NCBI GenBank assembly: GCA_036399915.1
Contig: DASWME010000254.1
Location: forward strand, 303 to 64,302
Reading direction: 5' to 3'
DNA from: Thermoanaerobaculia bacterium
GTDB lineage: Bacteria > Acidobacteriota > Thermoanaerobaculia > Multivoradales > UBA5704
Length of the DNA: 64,000 nucleotides
Below are positions 17,744 to 27,663 of the stretch, piece by piece (positions within the stretch are counted from its first letter, which is position 1; every line of letters begins with the position of its first letter). The notes beneath the pieces are model-generated. The model was not told the origin of the DNA and made no database searches. It saw only the letters and a list, made by a program, of their open reading frames with translations. The position numbers were made by a program, and so were the translations under genes.

Positions 17744-18817
17744 ATGGCCCTTGCCGCTCCCGATCCCGCCGAGGTCGCCGAGGCCCTCTCCCGCCGCATC
17801 CTGGGCCAGGAGGAGGCCGTGCGCGAGATGGCGGTGGCTCTCTCCAAGCAGCTCGCGGGCTTGCGGGTGGGCAACATCCTGATGATCGGCTCCTCGGGCA
17901 CGGGCAAGACCACGCTGATGCAGGCCGTCGAGGCCTACCTCGCCTCGGACCCGGTGCTGGCGGCCCGCTCGGCGGTGGTGCGCGTCCACGCCAACGTCCT
18001 CGGCGAGGAGGCGGAGCGTGGCCGGCCGGGCGAGGCGGTGCTGGGTCGCCTCCTGGAGCGGGCCCGCGAGCAGCTCGGGCCCGGCGCTCCCCTCGACATG
18101 CTGCTCCGGCGGGCCGCCTCGGGGCTGGTGTTCGTGGACGAGGTGGACAAGATCCGCTCCCACGTGGGAGGCCAGCCGAACGTCTCCGGCATCCGCGCCC
18201 AGGAGGCGCTGCTGACGCTGATCGAGAACGAGGCCGTACCCCTGGCCCTTCCGGCCTGGGCCGGCGGCGGCACGGTGACGGTCGACTCCTCCGAGATCCT
18301 CTTCGTCTGCGCCGGCGCCTTCGAGGGGCTCTACGACGCCGTCTACGACCGCGTCACCATCGGCAAGGACCGCGGATCGCTGCAGCCGGTCACCGTGGTC
18401 GAAGGCGGCAAGGTGATGGAGAAGATCGTCTTCCACCTCCGCGACTGGCTGCGCAACGAGGACCTCTTCGACTACGGGATGAGCCCGCAGTTCCTCTCCC
18501 GCTTCGACGCCGTCGTGCTGCTCCAGGACCTGGGGCAGGACGAGCTCGTCCGCATCTTCCTGGAGACCCCGGAGTCCGCGTTCCACCAGAGCCGTGCCTA
18601 CTTCGAGAGCCGTGGCATCCACCTGGCGATCTCGCCCGCCGCCGTCCGCCGCATCGCCCTCGAGGCCGGACGCCAGCCCCGGCTCGGAGCCCGGGCCCTG
18701 AAAGAGGCCTTCCGCCGGGTGATCCGCGACTACGAGTTCGATCCCGTGAAGTCCGTCACGGGCGGGGCGCTGCTGATCGACGTGCCTGAGGTCGAGGCGG
18801 CGCTGGGGAAGGCCTGA
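17744..18817 (+). CDS. AAA+ ATPase of the ClpX/HslU clade, stand-alone ATPase module
   Basis: ILGQEEAV...ILMIGSSGTGKTT (Walker A), LVFVDEVDK (Walker B), ILFVCAGAF and LGARALK. No N-terminal zinc finger. The ATG abuts the fabH-like stop (TGAATG). Confidence 0.75.
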   Translation: MALAAPDPAEVAEALSRRILGQEEAVREMAVALSKQLAGLRVGNILMIGSSGTGKTTLMQAVEAYLASDPVLAARSAVVRVHANVLGEEAERGRPGEAVLGRLLERAREQLGPGAPLDMLLRRAASGLVFVDEVDKIRSHVGGQPNVSGIRAQEALLTLIENEAVPLALPAWAGGGTVTVDSSEILFVCAGAFEGLYDAVYDRVTIGKDRGSLQPVTVVEGGKVMEKIVFHLRDWLRNEDLFDYGMSPQFLSRFDAVVLLQDLGQDELVRIFLETPESAFHQSRAYFESRGIHLAISPAAVRRIALEAGRQPRLGARALKEAFRRVIRDYEFDPVKSVTGGALLIDVPEVEAALGKA

Positions 18818-18818
18818 T

Positions 18819-19535
18819 CTACGACTGCCGGGCCTGCCGTCTCTCGCAGAGCTCCCGGTACCGCTCCCGCCGCTTGCGCATCGTCCAGACCTGCGGGATG
18901 ACGGTGAGCAGCAGCAGCAGCAGCGAAGCCACGGCGAACTGCACGTAGATACCGGAGCGGTCGCCGCTCGCCGCCTTCGTCAGCAGGGAGGCGAAGTAGG
19001 TGAAGACCGCTACGCCAGGGATGAGGCCGATGGCGGTCGTAATCAGGAACAGCGCCGGGCGAACCCCGGCGAGAGCGGCGGTGTAGTTGACGAGAGGATA
19101 GGGGACCGGCAGAAAACGCAGGCCCACCAGTCCCCAGAAACCCCGGCGGGCGATGGTCCGTTCCACCCGCTTCAGGCGGTTGCCCACCAGATGGAGGACG
19201 AACCCGCGCCCCAATCCCCGGCCCAGGAAGTAGGTCGCCCCCCCGCCCAGAAAGGTGCCCACGATGTTATAGACCGAGCCCATCACCGGGCCGAAGACCA
19301 TGCCGCCGGCGACCATCATGGGAGTCGCCGGGACTCCGAGAGGGCAGAGGACGATGTAGGAGGCGATCAGCGCCACCGGCGCCCACCAGGCGTCCCGCAG
19401 CCGGTCGAGCAGGGCCGAGACCTTCTCGACGGTGAGCCAATCCGCGAGCGGTGTCCAGCGCAGGACCGCGAAGCCGGTCCCAACGATCGCTACGAGGACG
19501 AGGAAGCGAAGGAGGAGGTGGCGCGGCACTCTCAA
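18819..19535 (-). CDS. TVP38/TMEM64 (DedA-related) membrane protein
   Basis: LGVPATPMMVAGGMVFGPVMG and RFLPVPYPLVNYTAAL, which are family-typical. Confidence 0.8.
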   Translation of the reverse strand: MRVPRHLLLRFLVLVAIVGTGFAVLRWTPLADWLTVEKVSALLDRLRDAWWAPVALIASYIVLCPLGVPATPMMVAGGMVFGPVMGSVYNIVGTFLGGGATYFLGRGLGRGFVLHLVGNRLKRVERTIARRGFWGLVGLRFLPVPYPLVNYTAALAGVRPALFLITTAIGLIPGVAVFTYFASLLTKAASGDRSGIYVQFAVASLLLLLLTVIPQVWTMRKRRERYRELCERRQARQS

Positions 19536-19545
19536 CGGCCGCGCC

Positions 19546-19812
19546 CTATCCGGATTCCGGCCTGGGTTCCTCGGCAGCGCCGGGGAACAGGAACTCCCGC
19601 ATGTGGCGGTTGAGGACCTCCTGGGAGGCGGGGTCCATGAAGTTGAGCCGCAGCTCGTTGATGACCATCACCTCGACCCGCTGCCACTCGGCCCAGCAGT
19701 CGGCGCAGACGCGCTCGCGGATCTCGGCCCCGAGCTTGCCGGGAAGGGGAGGCCTCGCCAGGGCCGGCGCCTCGGGCCGCCCGCAGCGGGCGCAGTGGAC
19801 GGTGGCAGCCAT
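19546..19812 (-). CDS. yggX: Fe(2+)-trafficking / oxidative-damage protection protein YggX
   Basis: VHCARCGR...LPGKLGAEIRERVCADCWAEWQRVEVMVINELRLNFMDP...REFLF parallels E. coli YggX. Confidence 0.8.
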   Translation of the reverse strand: MAATVHCARCGRPEAPALARPPLPGKLGAEIRERVCADCWAEWQRVEVMVINELRLNFMDPASQEVLNRHMREFLFPGAAEEPRPESG

Positions 19813-20078
19813 CAGCGGACCTCGCCGGGGAGCACGATCCGGCTCTCGGAGCGCTCCAGGATCTCTTTCGGCACCCGCACCAGCAGCACCAGGTCGCGGT
19901 CGTCCCGTCCGCCCTTCAGACTCTTGACGATCTCGTCGGGCACGGCGAGCGTCACATAGGCAGGGCGCTTCGGATTCTGGCGGGCGCTGTCGGTGACGAG
20001 CTGCTCGATGGGCACCATCTCCACCCGCTCCGGGTATTTTTCGAGAGCATAGCTCAGGGCCTTCTGTGGGTTCTGCAT
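19812..20078 (-). CDS. Hypothetical 88-aa protein
   Basis: ORF with ordinary (not Arg/Pro-rich) composition: MQNPQKALSYALEKYPERVEMVPIEQLV... Its stop overlaps the yggX start (ATGA at 19811-19814). It lies 9 nt downstream of the UXS gene. I recognise no family. Confidence 0.45.
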   Translation of the reverse strand: MQNPQKALSYALEKYPERVEMVPIEQLVTDSARQNPKRPAYVTLAVPDEIVKSLKGGRDDRDLVLLVRVPKEILERSESRIVLPGEVR

Positions 20079-20087
20079 GAGCGGATT

Positions 20088-21044
20088 CTATACTCGTAGT
20101 GCGCCCTGCTCGGTCAGCACCGACCGGAAGTACTCGACGGTGCTCCCGATCCCCCGGGCCAGGGGGACCCTGGGCTCCCAGCCGAGGCGCTCGCGGGCGA
20201 GGGTGATGTCCGGCTGCCGCGTCTGCGGGTCATCGACCGGCAGCGGCTTGAAGACGATGGGGCTCGAGCTGCCGATGGCGGCCCTGATGGTCTCGGCGAA
20301 CTCCAGGATCGTCATCTCGTGGGGGTTGCCGATGTTGCACGGCTCCACGAGATCGCTCATCAGCAGCCGCCAGATCCCCTCGATCAGGTCGTCCACGTAG
20401 CAGAAGGAGCGGGTCTGCTGCCCCGAGCCGAAGACGGTCATGGGTTCGCCGGTCAGGGCCTGCTGGATGAAGGCCGGCACCACGCGGCCGTCGCGCAGGC
20501 GCATGCGCGGCCCGTAGGTGTTGAAGATCCGCACGATGCGCACGTCGAGGCCGTGATAGCGGTGGTAGGCCATGGTCATGGCCTCGGCGAAGCGCTTGGC
20601 CTCGTCGTAGACGCCCCGCGGGCCCACCGGATTGACGTTGCCCCAGTAGGTCTCCTTCTGTGGGTGCTCCTTGGGGTCGCCGTAGACCTCGGAGGTGGAG
20701 GCGAGCAGGTAGCGGGCGCCCTTGGCCTTGGCGAGGCCCAGGCTGTTGTGGGTGCCGAGCGAGCCCACCTTGAGGGTCTGGATGGGCAGCTCCAGATAGT
20801 CGATGGGCGACGCCGGCGAGGCGAAGTGGAGGACGAAGTCCACCCGCCCTTCAACGGTGAACGGCTTCGACACGTCGTGCTCCAGGAACTCGAAGCCGCC
20901 CCGGTGCAGGAGGTGCTTGACGTTCTCCGTCCGCCCGGTCACCAGGTTGTCGACGCAGACGACCTCGTGCCCCTCGGCGAGCAGGCGGTCGCAGAGGTGG
21001 GAGCCGAGGAAGCCGGCGCCGCCGGTGACGACCGCTCGGCTCAC
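20088..21044 (-). CDS. UDP-glucuronate decarboxylase (UDP-xylose synthase)
   Basis: [26 protein letters not shown] and YDEAKRFAE (YxxxK). The GTG start at 21044 overlaps the ugd stop (GTGA). Confidence 0.9.
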   Translation of the reverse strand: MSRAVVTGGAGFLGSHLCDRLLAEGHEVVCVDNLVTGRTENVKHLLHRGGFEFLEHDVSKPFTVEGRVDFVLHFASPASPIDYLELPIQTLKVGSLGTHNSLGLAKAKGARYLLASTSEVYGDPKEHPQKETYWGNVNPVGPRGVYDEAKRFAEAMTMAYHRYHGLDVRIVRIFNTYGPRMRLRDGRVVPAFIQQALTGEPMTVFGSGQQTRSFCYVDDLIEGIWRLLMSDLVEPCNIGNPHEMTILEFAETIRAAIGSSSPIVFKPLPVDDPQTRQPDITLARERLGWEPRVPLARGIGSTVEYFRSVLTEQGALRV

Positions 21045-22408
21045 GAGCGCGCCCCCGCGGAACGGGCCGCCTTGGGCACGGCCTGGGGCCGCGCGTCGGG
21101 CACCCCCTCGGTGCGGCCGATGGAGACGTAGCGGAAGCCGGCCGCCGCCATCTTCTCCGGCTCGTAGAGGTTGCGCAGGTCGATGACCAGCGGCTGGCGC
21201 AGGAGTTGCTGCAGGCGATCCAGCTCCAGCTTGCGGAACTGGTTCCACTCGGTGACGATGACCAGGGCGTCCGCCCCCTCTGCCGCCTCGTAGGCGTTGT
21301 CGCAGAAGGTGACGGCCGGGAAGAGCGGCCGGCACCCCTCCATGGCTTCCGGATCGAAGGCCCGCACGGTCGCCCCGCGGTCGAGCAGCCCCTGCACAAT
21401 GGGCAGGGCGGGAGACTCGCGGATGTCGTCCGTGTTGGGTTTGAAGGAGAGGCCGAGCACGGCGACGGTCTTGCCGGCAACGCTGCCCAGCGCCCGCTCG
21501 ATCTTCTCGGTCATCCGCTTCTGAGTGGCCTCGTTGACCTCGAGCACGGCCTCGATGATGCGGAAGCGCAGCCCTTGGTCGCGGGCGATCTGGGCCGCGG
21601 CCCGGGTGTCCTTGGGGAAGCAGGAGCCGCCGAAGCCGGGGCCGGCGGAGAGGAACTTCGGGCCGATGCGGCTGTCGAGCCCCATGCCCTTGGCCACCAC
21701 CTCGACGTTGGCGCCCCAGGCCTCGCAGATCTGCGCTACCTCGTTGATGAAGGAGATCTTGGTGGCGAGAAAGCCGTTGGAGGCGTACTTGATGAGCTCG
21801 GCCGTCTCGACGTCGGTGACGATGAACGGCACGCCGGCCGAGGCGAGCGGAGAGTAGACATCCCTCATCAGCTCGGCGGCCCGCTCGTCGCGGGTGCCGA
21901 TGACCACCCGGTCGGGGTTCATGAAATCCTCGATGGCCGAGCCCTCGCGCAGGAACTCGGGGTTGCTCACCACGGCGAAGCGATGCTTGCTGCCGGCCCC
22001 TTCGCGCACCATGGCCTCGATCATCTTGCCCGTGCCGATGGGCACCGTGCTCTTGGTGACGATGATCTTGTAGCCGTTGAGGTGCTGGGCGATGGAGGAG
22101 GCGACCTCACGAATGAACGTGAGATCGGCCGAGCCGTCGGACTTCGGCGGCGTGCCCACGGCGATGAAGACCGCCTGCGCCTCCTCGATGGCGGGCGCAA
22201 GGTCGGTGGAGAAGCGCAGCCGTCCCTCCGCCATGTTCTTCTGGACCAGGGTCTCAAGGCCGGGCTCGTAGATCGGCACCTTGCCCGCAGAGAGGGTCCG
22301 CACCTTGGCCTCATCGATGTCGACCCCGACCACATGCATGCCGAAGTCCGCCAGGCAGGCCCCCGTCACCAGGCCGACGTAACCGCTACCCACGACGCAG
22401 ATGTTCAT
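21041..22408 (-). CDS. ugd: UDP-glucose 6-dehydrogenase
   Basis: [20 protein letters not shown] and [10 protein letters not shown] (catalytic Cys). Confidence 0.92.
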   Translation of the reverse strand: MNICVVGSGYVGLVTGACLADFGMHVVGVDIDEAKVRTLSAGKVPIYEPGLETLVQKNMAEGRLRFSTDLAPAIEEAQAVFIAVGTPPKSDGSADLTFIREVASSIAQHLNGYKIIVTKSTVPIGTGKMIEAMVREGAGSKHRFAVVSNPEFLREGSAIEDFMNPDRVVIGTRDERAAELMRDVYSPLASAGVPFIVTDVETAELIKYASNGFLATKISFINEVAQICEAWGANVEVVAKGMGLDSRIGPKFLSAGPGFGGSCFPKDTRAAAQIARDQGLRFRIIEAVLEVNEATQKRMTEKIERALGSVAGKTVAVLGLSFKPNTDDIRESPALPIVQGLLDRGATVRAFDPEAMEGCRPLFPAVTFCDNAYEAAEGADALVIVTEWNQFRKLELDRLQQLLRQPLVIDLRNLYEPEKMAAAGFRYVSIGRTEGVPDARPQAVPKAARSAGARS

Positions 22409-22435
22409 GGTTGTCGAGGCTCGCTTGGAAAGGGT

Positions 22436-23404
22436 TCAGGGTTTTGCACGTTCGGCACGCTCGCGATACCAGGAGACGAAACGGCGCAGGCCCTCCCGGA
22501 TGGGGACCCTGGGGGAATACCCCAGGAGCCGCGCCGCCTTGGAAACGTCGGCGTAGGTGATCGGAACGTCCCCGGGTTGGGCGGGAAGATATTCGATCCG
22601 CGGCTCGACGGCAAGCTCCTCGGCGATCCAGTGGACGAGGTCGCGCAGCGAGGTCGTGTCCGCTCCGCCCAGGTTGAGGATCTCGAAGCCGGGGGCGAGG
22701 TCGAGCGTCGCCACCAGCCCGTCGACGATGTCGTCCACGTAGGTGTAGTCGCGCCGGCTGCTGCCGTCGCCGTACATGGGCACGGCCTTGCCGCGCCAGA
22801 GCAGGTCGGTGAACTTGTGGATCGCCATCTCCGGCCGCTGCGCCGGGCCGTAGACGGTGAAGAAGCGCAGGCAGGCGACCCGGAAGCCGTAGAGATGGTG
22901 GTAGTTGTAGCAGAGCAGCTCGCCCGTGCGCTTGGTGGTGGCGTACGGGCTGATCGGCTGGTTGACCTCGTCGTCCTCCGCGAAGGGGACCTTCTCGTTG
23001 ATGCCATAGACGGACGAGGAGGAGCCAAAGAGGAAGACCCTGGGCCCGTGCCGGCGCGCGGCCTCGAGCAGCCGCAGGGTGCCGATGCAGTTGACGTCTT
23101 CGTAGAGGATCGGCTCGCTGAGGCTCGGCCGCACCCCGGCCCGCGCCGCGAGGTGCACCACGGCGTCGAACCGCCCTTCGGCGAACAGGCGGTCCACCCG
23201 GGCCTCGTCGCGGATGTCCCCTTCGACCAGGCGGTAGTCGTCCCGGCCGAGGAGCGGACCGACGTTCTCCCGCTTGCGCGCGGGATCGTAGAAGTCGTTG
23301 AAGTCGTCCAGCACCGTCACCCGGTCTCCCCGGGCGAGCAGGCGCCGCGTTAAGTGCGAGCCGATGAAGCCCGCCCCTCCGGTCACCAGGACATGAGATG
23401 GCAT
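22436..23404 (-). CDS. NAD-dependent nucleotide-sugar epimerase (UDP-glucuronate 4-epimerase-like)
   Basis: VTGGAGFIGSHL, SSSSVYG and PYATTKRTGE (YxxxK). Confidence 0.85.
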   Translation of the reverse strand: MPSHVLVTGGAGFIGSHLTRRLLARGDRVTVLDDFNDFYDPARKRENVGPLLGRDDYRLVEGDIRDEARVDRLFAEGRFDAVVHLAARAGVRPSLSEPILYEDVNCIGTLRLLEAARRHGPRVFLFGSSSSVYGINEKVPFAEDDEVNQPISPYATTKRTGELLCYNYHHLYGFRVACLRFFTVYGPAQRPEMAIHKFTDLLWRGKAVPMYGDGSSRRDYTYVDDIVDGLVATLDLAPGFEILNLGGADTTSLRDLVHWIAEELAVEPRIEYLPAQPGDVPITYADVSKAARLLGYSPRVPIREGLRRFVSWYRERAERAKP

Positions 23405-23426
23405 GAGTGGTTCCAGATCCTCTCGG

Positions 23427-24785
23427 TCATGGGGCCGCGCCCGGAGGCGGCGGCTCGGCCGTCGTGGGAGGCTCCGCCGGACTGGCGGGCGGCGGTGGCC
23501 CCGCCGGCGGCGGGACCGCTGAAGGGGCCAGAGGCGCCGCGCTCGGCTCTTTCGTCTCCTCGGCCTGCGGCTCCGTCACGTCTGGACCCCGGTCCAGGGG
23601 CTCCGGCGTCCCTTCCTGCGCCTCGATGGCCCTCTTGGTCTCCTCGTAGCGCGTCTCGATCCCCTTTTTCTGCCGGTTGCGGATCAGCCAGCGCAGGATC
23701 CGGGACTCGTTGACGCCGATGATGATGTCGTTGACGGCCTCGTAGATCTGGGGGTCATTGATCAGCTTCGCCGCCGAGCCCTGCCCCTCCGAGACCTTGT
23801 AGGAGATCTCGTTGAGGCGCTGCACGAATTGGCGAACCTGCTCGGCGACCTGACGGCCGTATTCCTCGTCCTTGACTAGGCGCGGGAGCAGGGCGTCGCT
23901 CGTCTCCAGATCGGCCGTGAACCCCTGCAGGTCCCGCGCCACCTGGTTGAGAGAGGCCAGCGTGTCGTTGAACCGGGTCCGGGTCGAGGGGTCGTTGAGC
24001 AGCCCCGGGAGGAGCCCCGGCCCGTCCTGGGCCTGGGCGAGCAAGCTCTCGAAGCGGTCGAGGGAGCGGGCGAGCTGGTCGGCCAGGGCCCGGTCGTTGA
24101 GCATGCGCGGCAGGGGTCCCTGGCCGTGCTCGATCGTGAGGGCGATCCGCTGTAGGCTCTCGGAGGTCCCCACCAGCGACTCCTGGAGCCGCTGGCCCTC
24201 TGGCGTGTTCTTGGTGAGCTGGCCGAGGATGCCCTCGCCCCGCTCCATGCGCGCGAGGACGGTGTTGAGCGAGTGGGAGATCTCGACGACGTTGTCCATC
24301 ACGTCCTCGCCCGAGGCGATCAGGGCGTCCACGTTGGTGGGCTGCGCCGCCGGGATCGGCCCGCCGGAAGGGATCACCGGATAGCGGGGCGAGCCCGAGA
24401 TGATCTCGATGAACTTGTCGCCCAGCAGGCCCAGGGTCTTGATGCGGGCCACCGAGCCGGGTTGCCCCTCCACGGCTCCGGTGGCGCCGACCGGCCCACG
24501 GATACGGCTGGCGTAGCGGCTCTCCACCTGCAGCCAGACCCGGATCTGCCGCTTCTGGGGGTCCTCCGGCAGGTCGACCTGCTTGATGGTGCCCACGTCC
24601 ACGCCGTTGAGCTGCACGGGGCTGCCTGGCTTCAAGCCGCTGACCGAGTTGAAGTCCACGTAGTACAGGTTCTTGCGCGAGAACAGGTTGTTCTTGTCGC
24701 CGATCAGGAAGATCCCGGCCGCCAGGACGGTGACGGCGACCAGGATGACCAGGCCGACACGGAAGGCGCGGGTGCTAGGCGACAT
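23427..24785 (-). CDS. mlaD: MCE/MlaD-family substrate-binding protein with long helical and Pro-rich C-terminus
   Basis: N-terminal TM followed by an MCE domain (GLKPGSPVQLNGVDVGTIKQV). ATG 24785 overlaps the mlaF stop by 11 nt. Confidence 0.8.
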   Translation of the reverse strand: MSPSTRAFRVGLVILVAVTVLAAGIFLIGDKNNLFSRKNLYYVDFNSVSGLKPGSPVQLNGVDVGTIKQVDLPEDPQKRQIRVWLQVESRYASRIRGPVGATGAVEGQPGSVARIKTLGLLGDKFIEIISGSPRYPVIPSGGPIPAAQPTNVDALIASGEDVMDNVVEISHSLNTVLARMERGEGILGQLTKNTPEGQRLQESLVGTSESLQRIALTIEHGQGPLPRMLNDRALADQLARSLDRFESLLAQAQDGPGLLPGLLNDPSTRTRFNDTLASLNQVARDLQGFTADLETSDALLPRLVKDEEYGRQVAEQVRQFVQRLNEISYKVSEGQGSAAKLINDPQIYEAVNDIIIGVNESRILRWLIRNRQKKGIETRYEETKRAIEAQEGTPEPLDRGPDVTEPQAEETKEPSAAPLAPSAVPPPAGPPPPASPAEPPTTAEPPPPGAAP

Positions 24786-25539
24786 TCTCTTCCTCCTCCT
24801 CCCGGCCGGCCAGGAAGCTGGCGAGGTTCGGATCGTTGCTGCGCTCGGCCTCCTTCCAGTCGCCGATGAAGCAGAACTTGCCATCGGCCAGCAGGGCGAT
24901 TCGGTCCCCGACGCGGCGGGCCAGAGGGATGTCGTGAGTGACGACCACGGAGGTGACGTCCGTCCCCTCCTGGATCGAGTTGATGAGCTTGCCGATCGTG
25001 GCCGAAGTGATGGGGTCGAGGCCGGTGGTGGGCTCGTCGAAGAGCAGCACCTCCGGGTCCAGGGCGAGGGAGCGCGCCAGAGCCGCGCGCTTTCTCATGC
25101 CGCCGGAGAGGTCGGCGGGCATCTTGGTCTCCACGTCCTTGAGCCCCACCAGGGAGAGCTTGTGCCGGACCCTCTCCCGGACCTCCTTCTCCGGGAGCCG
25201 GGGCCGGATGTGCTCGCGCAAGGGGAAGGCGACGTTCTCCAGCACGTTCATGGAGTCGAACAGGGCGCCGCCCTGGAACAGCATGGCGATCCGGCGGCGG
25301 ATGGGGAACAGCTCGCGCTCCTCCAGCCCGGTCAGGTCGGTGCCGTCGAAGACGACGCTGCCGGCCTCCGGCTTCTCCAGCCCGTTGAGCTGCCGCAACG
25401 TCACGCTCTTGCCCGTTCCCGACCGGCCGAGGATCACCAGGCACTCGCCCTTGTAGACGTCGAAGTCGAGCTGGTCGAGCACCCGGCGCTTGCCGTATCG
25501 CTTGGTCAGACCGCGGATCTCGTAGAGCGCTTCGGGCAC
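24775..25539 (-). CDS. mlaF: ABC transporter ATP-binding protein, MlaF-like
   Basis: GRSGTGKSV (Walker A), LSGGMRKRAALARSL (signature) and LLFDEPTTGLD. GTG 25539 is preceded by AAGGAG. Confidence 0.9.
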   Translation of the reverse strand: MPEALYEIRGLTKRYGKRRVLDQLDFDVYKGECLVILGRSGTGKSVTLRQLNGLEKPEAGSVVFDGTDLTGLEERELFPIRRRIAMLFQGGALFDSMNVLENVAFPLREHIRPRLPEKEVRERVRHKLSLVGLKDVETKMPADLSGGMRKRAALARSLALDPEVLLFDEPTTGLDPITSATIGKLINSIQEGTDVTSVVVTHDIPLARRVGDRIALLADGKFCFIGDWKEAERSNDPNLASFLAGREEEEENVA

Positions 25540-25549
25540 GGCGGCTCCT

Positions 25550-26302
25550 TCAGGCGAGGATGTAGAACAGCTTGGTGAGGAAGAAGTCGGAGACCAGGAC
25601 GAGGATGGCGGCCAGCACCACCGTGTTGGTCGTCGCCCGGCCCACGCCGTCGGCGCCGCCCGTGGTGTTGAGGCCATTGTAGCAGCCGACGATGGCGATG
25701 AAGTACGCGAAGAAAAAGGACTTGGCGATGCCGCTGCCGACATCGCCAAGGGTGAGCGACTCGAAGACGTCGTTGAGATAGAGGCCCGGCGTCAGGTTGA
25801 GCGTGAAGGTGGCGACGATCAGGCCGCCCAGAATGCCCAGGCCATCGCCGATCACCGTCAGCGACGGCAGCATGACCAGAGTCGCGACGAGCTTGGGCAC
25901 CACCAGTTGCTTGACCGGATCGGTGGCCATGGAGCGCAGGGCGTCGATCTGCTCGGTCACCTTCATGGTGCCGATCTCGGCGGTCATGCCGGATCCGATC
26001 CTCCCCCCCACGATGAGGGCGGTCAGCACCGGCCCCAGCTCGCGCACCAGCGACTTGGCCACCACCGAGCCGATGTAGTACTTGATCCCCAGCGAGGGCA
26101 GCGAGAGGGCCGTCTGCAGCGCCAGCACCATGCCGGTGAAGATGGTGGTGATACCGGCCACCCCGAGGGAGCGGACGCCAATCTGCTCCATCTGGCGGAT
26201 CCAGAGGCCGACCTTGTAGGGGGGGCGGACCATGGCGAGGAACGCCCGCCCGGTCAGGAACCCCAGCCCGCCCGTCTGCTCCGCGATCTGCCGGGGTTTC
26301 AC
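25550..26302 (-). CDS. mlaE: ABC transporter permease, MlaE-like
   Basis: ELGPVLTALIVGGRIGSGMTAEIGTMKVTEQIDAL is family-typical. GTG 26302 overlaps the upstream stop (GTGA). Confidence 0.9.
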   Translation of the reverse strand: MKPRQIAEQTGGLGFLTGRAFLAMVRPPYKVGLWIRQMEQIGVRSLGVAGITTIFTGMVLALQTALSLPSLGIKYYIGSVVAKSLVRELGPVLTALIVGGRIGSGMTAEIGTMKVTEQIDALRSMATDPVKQLVVPKLVATLVMLPSLTVIGDGLGILGGLIVATFTLNLTPGLYLNDVFESLTLGDVGSGIAKSFFFAYFIAIVGCYNGLNTTGGADGVGRATTNTVVLAAILVLVSDFFLTKLFYILA

Positions 26303-26715
26303 GAGCGGATGGGCCACCAGGAGGCGGCGTGCGCGACGCTGAAGGCGAGGTCCGCCGCCGCCAGGGGGATGAGCCCGCCGAGGTCCGGGCCGCGCAGGGC
26401 GCCGGCCGCGAAGACGGCCGCCCCCAGCGCCCGGCCGGCGATCGCCACCGCGATGATGGCGCTGTACCGGCGCGGGTCGTGGGCCGCCGCCAGGTAGAGC
26501 ACGGCGAGCATGGTCAGCAACGTGGCGAGGATCCAGAGGTAGAAGGCCCCCTGGGGGAGCGGCGGGAGCGGCAGGTCGAACGCCCGCGCCGGCACCTGCG
26601 GGGCCGACACCATCAGGACGGCGAAGCCGAAGTCGTAGACGGCCCCGGCGACCAGGCTGGCCCGCAGCAGGGCGAGCAGACGGAAGCGGCGGACGTACGG
26701 GCTGGTCACGGCCAT
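26299..26715 (-). CDS. Hypothetical 4-TM membrane protein, first gene of the mla-type operon
   Basis: 138 aa from ATG 26715 (MAVTSPYVRRFRLLALL...). Hydrophobic segments; translationally coupled to mlaE. Confidence 0.5.
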   Translation of the reverse strand: MAVTSPYVRRFRLLALLRASLVAGAVYDFGFAVLMVSAPQVPARAFDLPLPPLPQGAFYLWILATLLTMLAVLYLAAAHDPRRYSAIIAVAIAGRALGAAVFAAGALRGPDLGGLIPLAAADLAFSVAHAASWWPIRS

Positions 26716-26799
26716 GGGACGGGGGGATTGTAGCAGTTTGCGTGCCAGGGACCGGGCTGGACGAGGACCGACCCCCGATAGACAATAAGCACCCACCCC

Positions 26800-27582
26800 A
26801 TGGAACCGACCGCACCGCGCCGCCCGCCCCTCTGGCTGACCGCCCTCGCCACGTTCACGGGGAACCTATTCCTGATGATCGGCTCCGCCATCCTGGCGGC
26901 CGTCGCCGTCGCCGTCGCGTGGATCCCGCCGCAGGGGAGCTGGACCTTCGGCATCATGCGGATCTGGTCGAACGCCCTCTTAGCCGCGAGCCTGGTCCGC
27001 GCTGAGGTGTGCTACGCGCCCGAGCTGGAGCCCGGGACGAGCTACGTCTTCCTCTGCAACCACCAGAGCCTGTTCGACATCCCGGTGCTGATCGCCACCG
27101 CGCCCGGGCAGGTCCGCATGGTGGCCAAGCGGAGCCTCTTCCTTATCCCTCTCTTCGGCTGGGCCCTCAAGGCAGGCCGTTTCATCCCCGTGGACCGGGC
27201 GGACCGCAGCACGGCTGGCCGCACCTTCGCCGCGGCGGCGGCCCGGCTGCGGGAGGGCACCTCCATCCTGATGTTCCCCGAGGGGACCCGCTCGCTGACC
27301 GACACCCTCCTCCCCTTCCAGCGCGGCGGGTTCCTGCTGGCCCTCAAGAGCAGCCTGCCCATCGTGCCGGTGGGCATCCGCGGGACCCGGGCCATCCAGC
27401 CCAAGGGGAACTGGGCCATCCGGCCCGGCACCGCGGTCGTCTCCTACGGCGCGCCGATCGACCCCGCGACGTATGGATTGCGGCGCAAGCGGGAGCTGAT
27501 CGGCGAGGTCCGCGCCCGCATCGCCGAGCTCGCCGGGCTGAAATTGTCCGCAGAAGACGACTCCACCGTCCCCGTGCCGTAG
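26800..27582 (+). CDS. plsC: 1-acyl-sn-glycerol-3-phosphate acyltransferase
   Basis: NHQSLFD (HX4D) and FPEGTRS motifs. Confidence 0.9.
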   Translation: MEPTAPRRPPLWLTALATFTGNLFLMIGSAILAAVAVAVAWIPPQGSWTFGIMRIWSNALLAASLVRAEVCYAPELEPGTSYVFLCNHQSLFDIPVLIATAPGQVRMVAKRSLFLIPLFGWALKAGRFIPVDRADRSTAGRTFAAAAARLREGTSILMFPEGTRSLTDTLLPFQRGGFLLALKSSLPIVPVGIRGTRAIQPKGNWAIRPGTAVVSYGAPIDPATYGLRRKRELIGEVRARIAELAGLKLSAEDDSTVPVP

Positions 27583-27663
27583 AAGCCGTCGCTCCTGCTC
27601 AGATCGCCGGACTTTCCGGATGGATCGCCCTCTCCGACCTGCTGGAAATCGCAGCAAGCGCCG

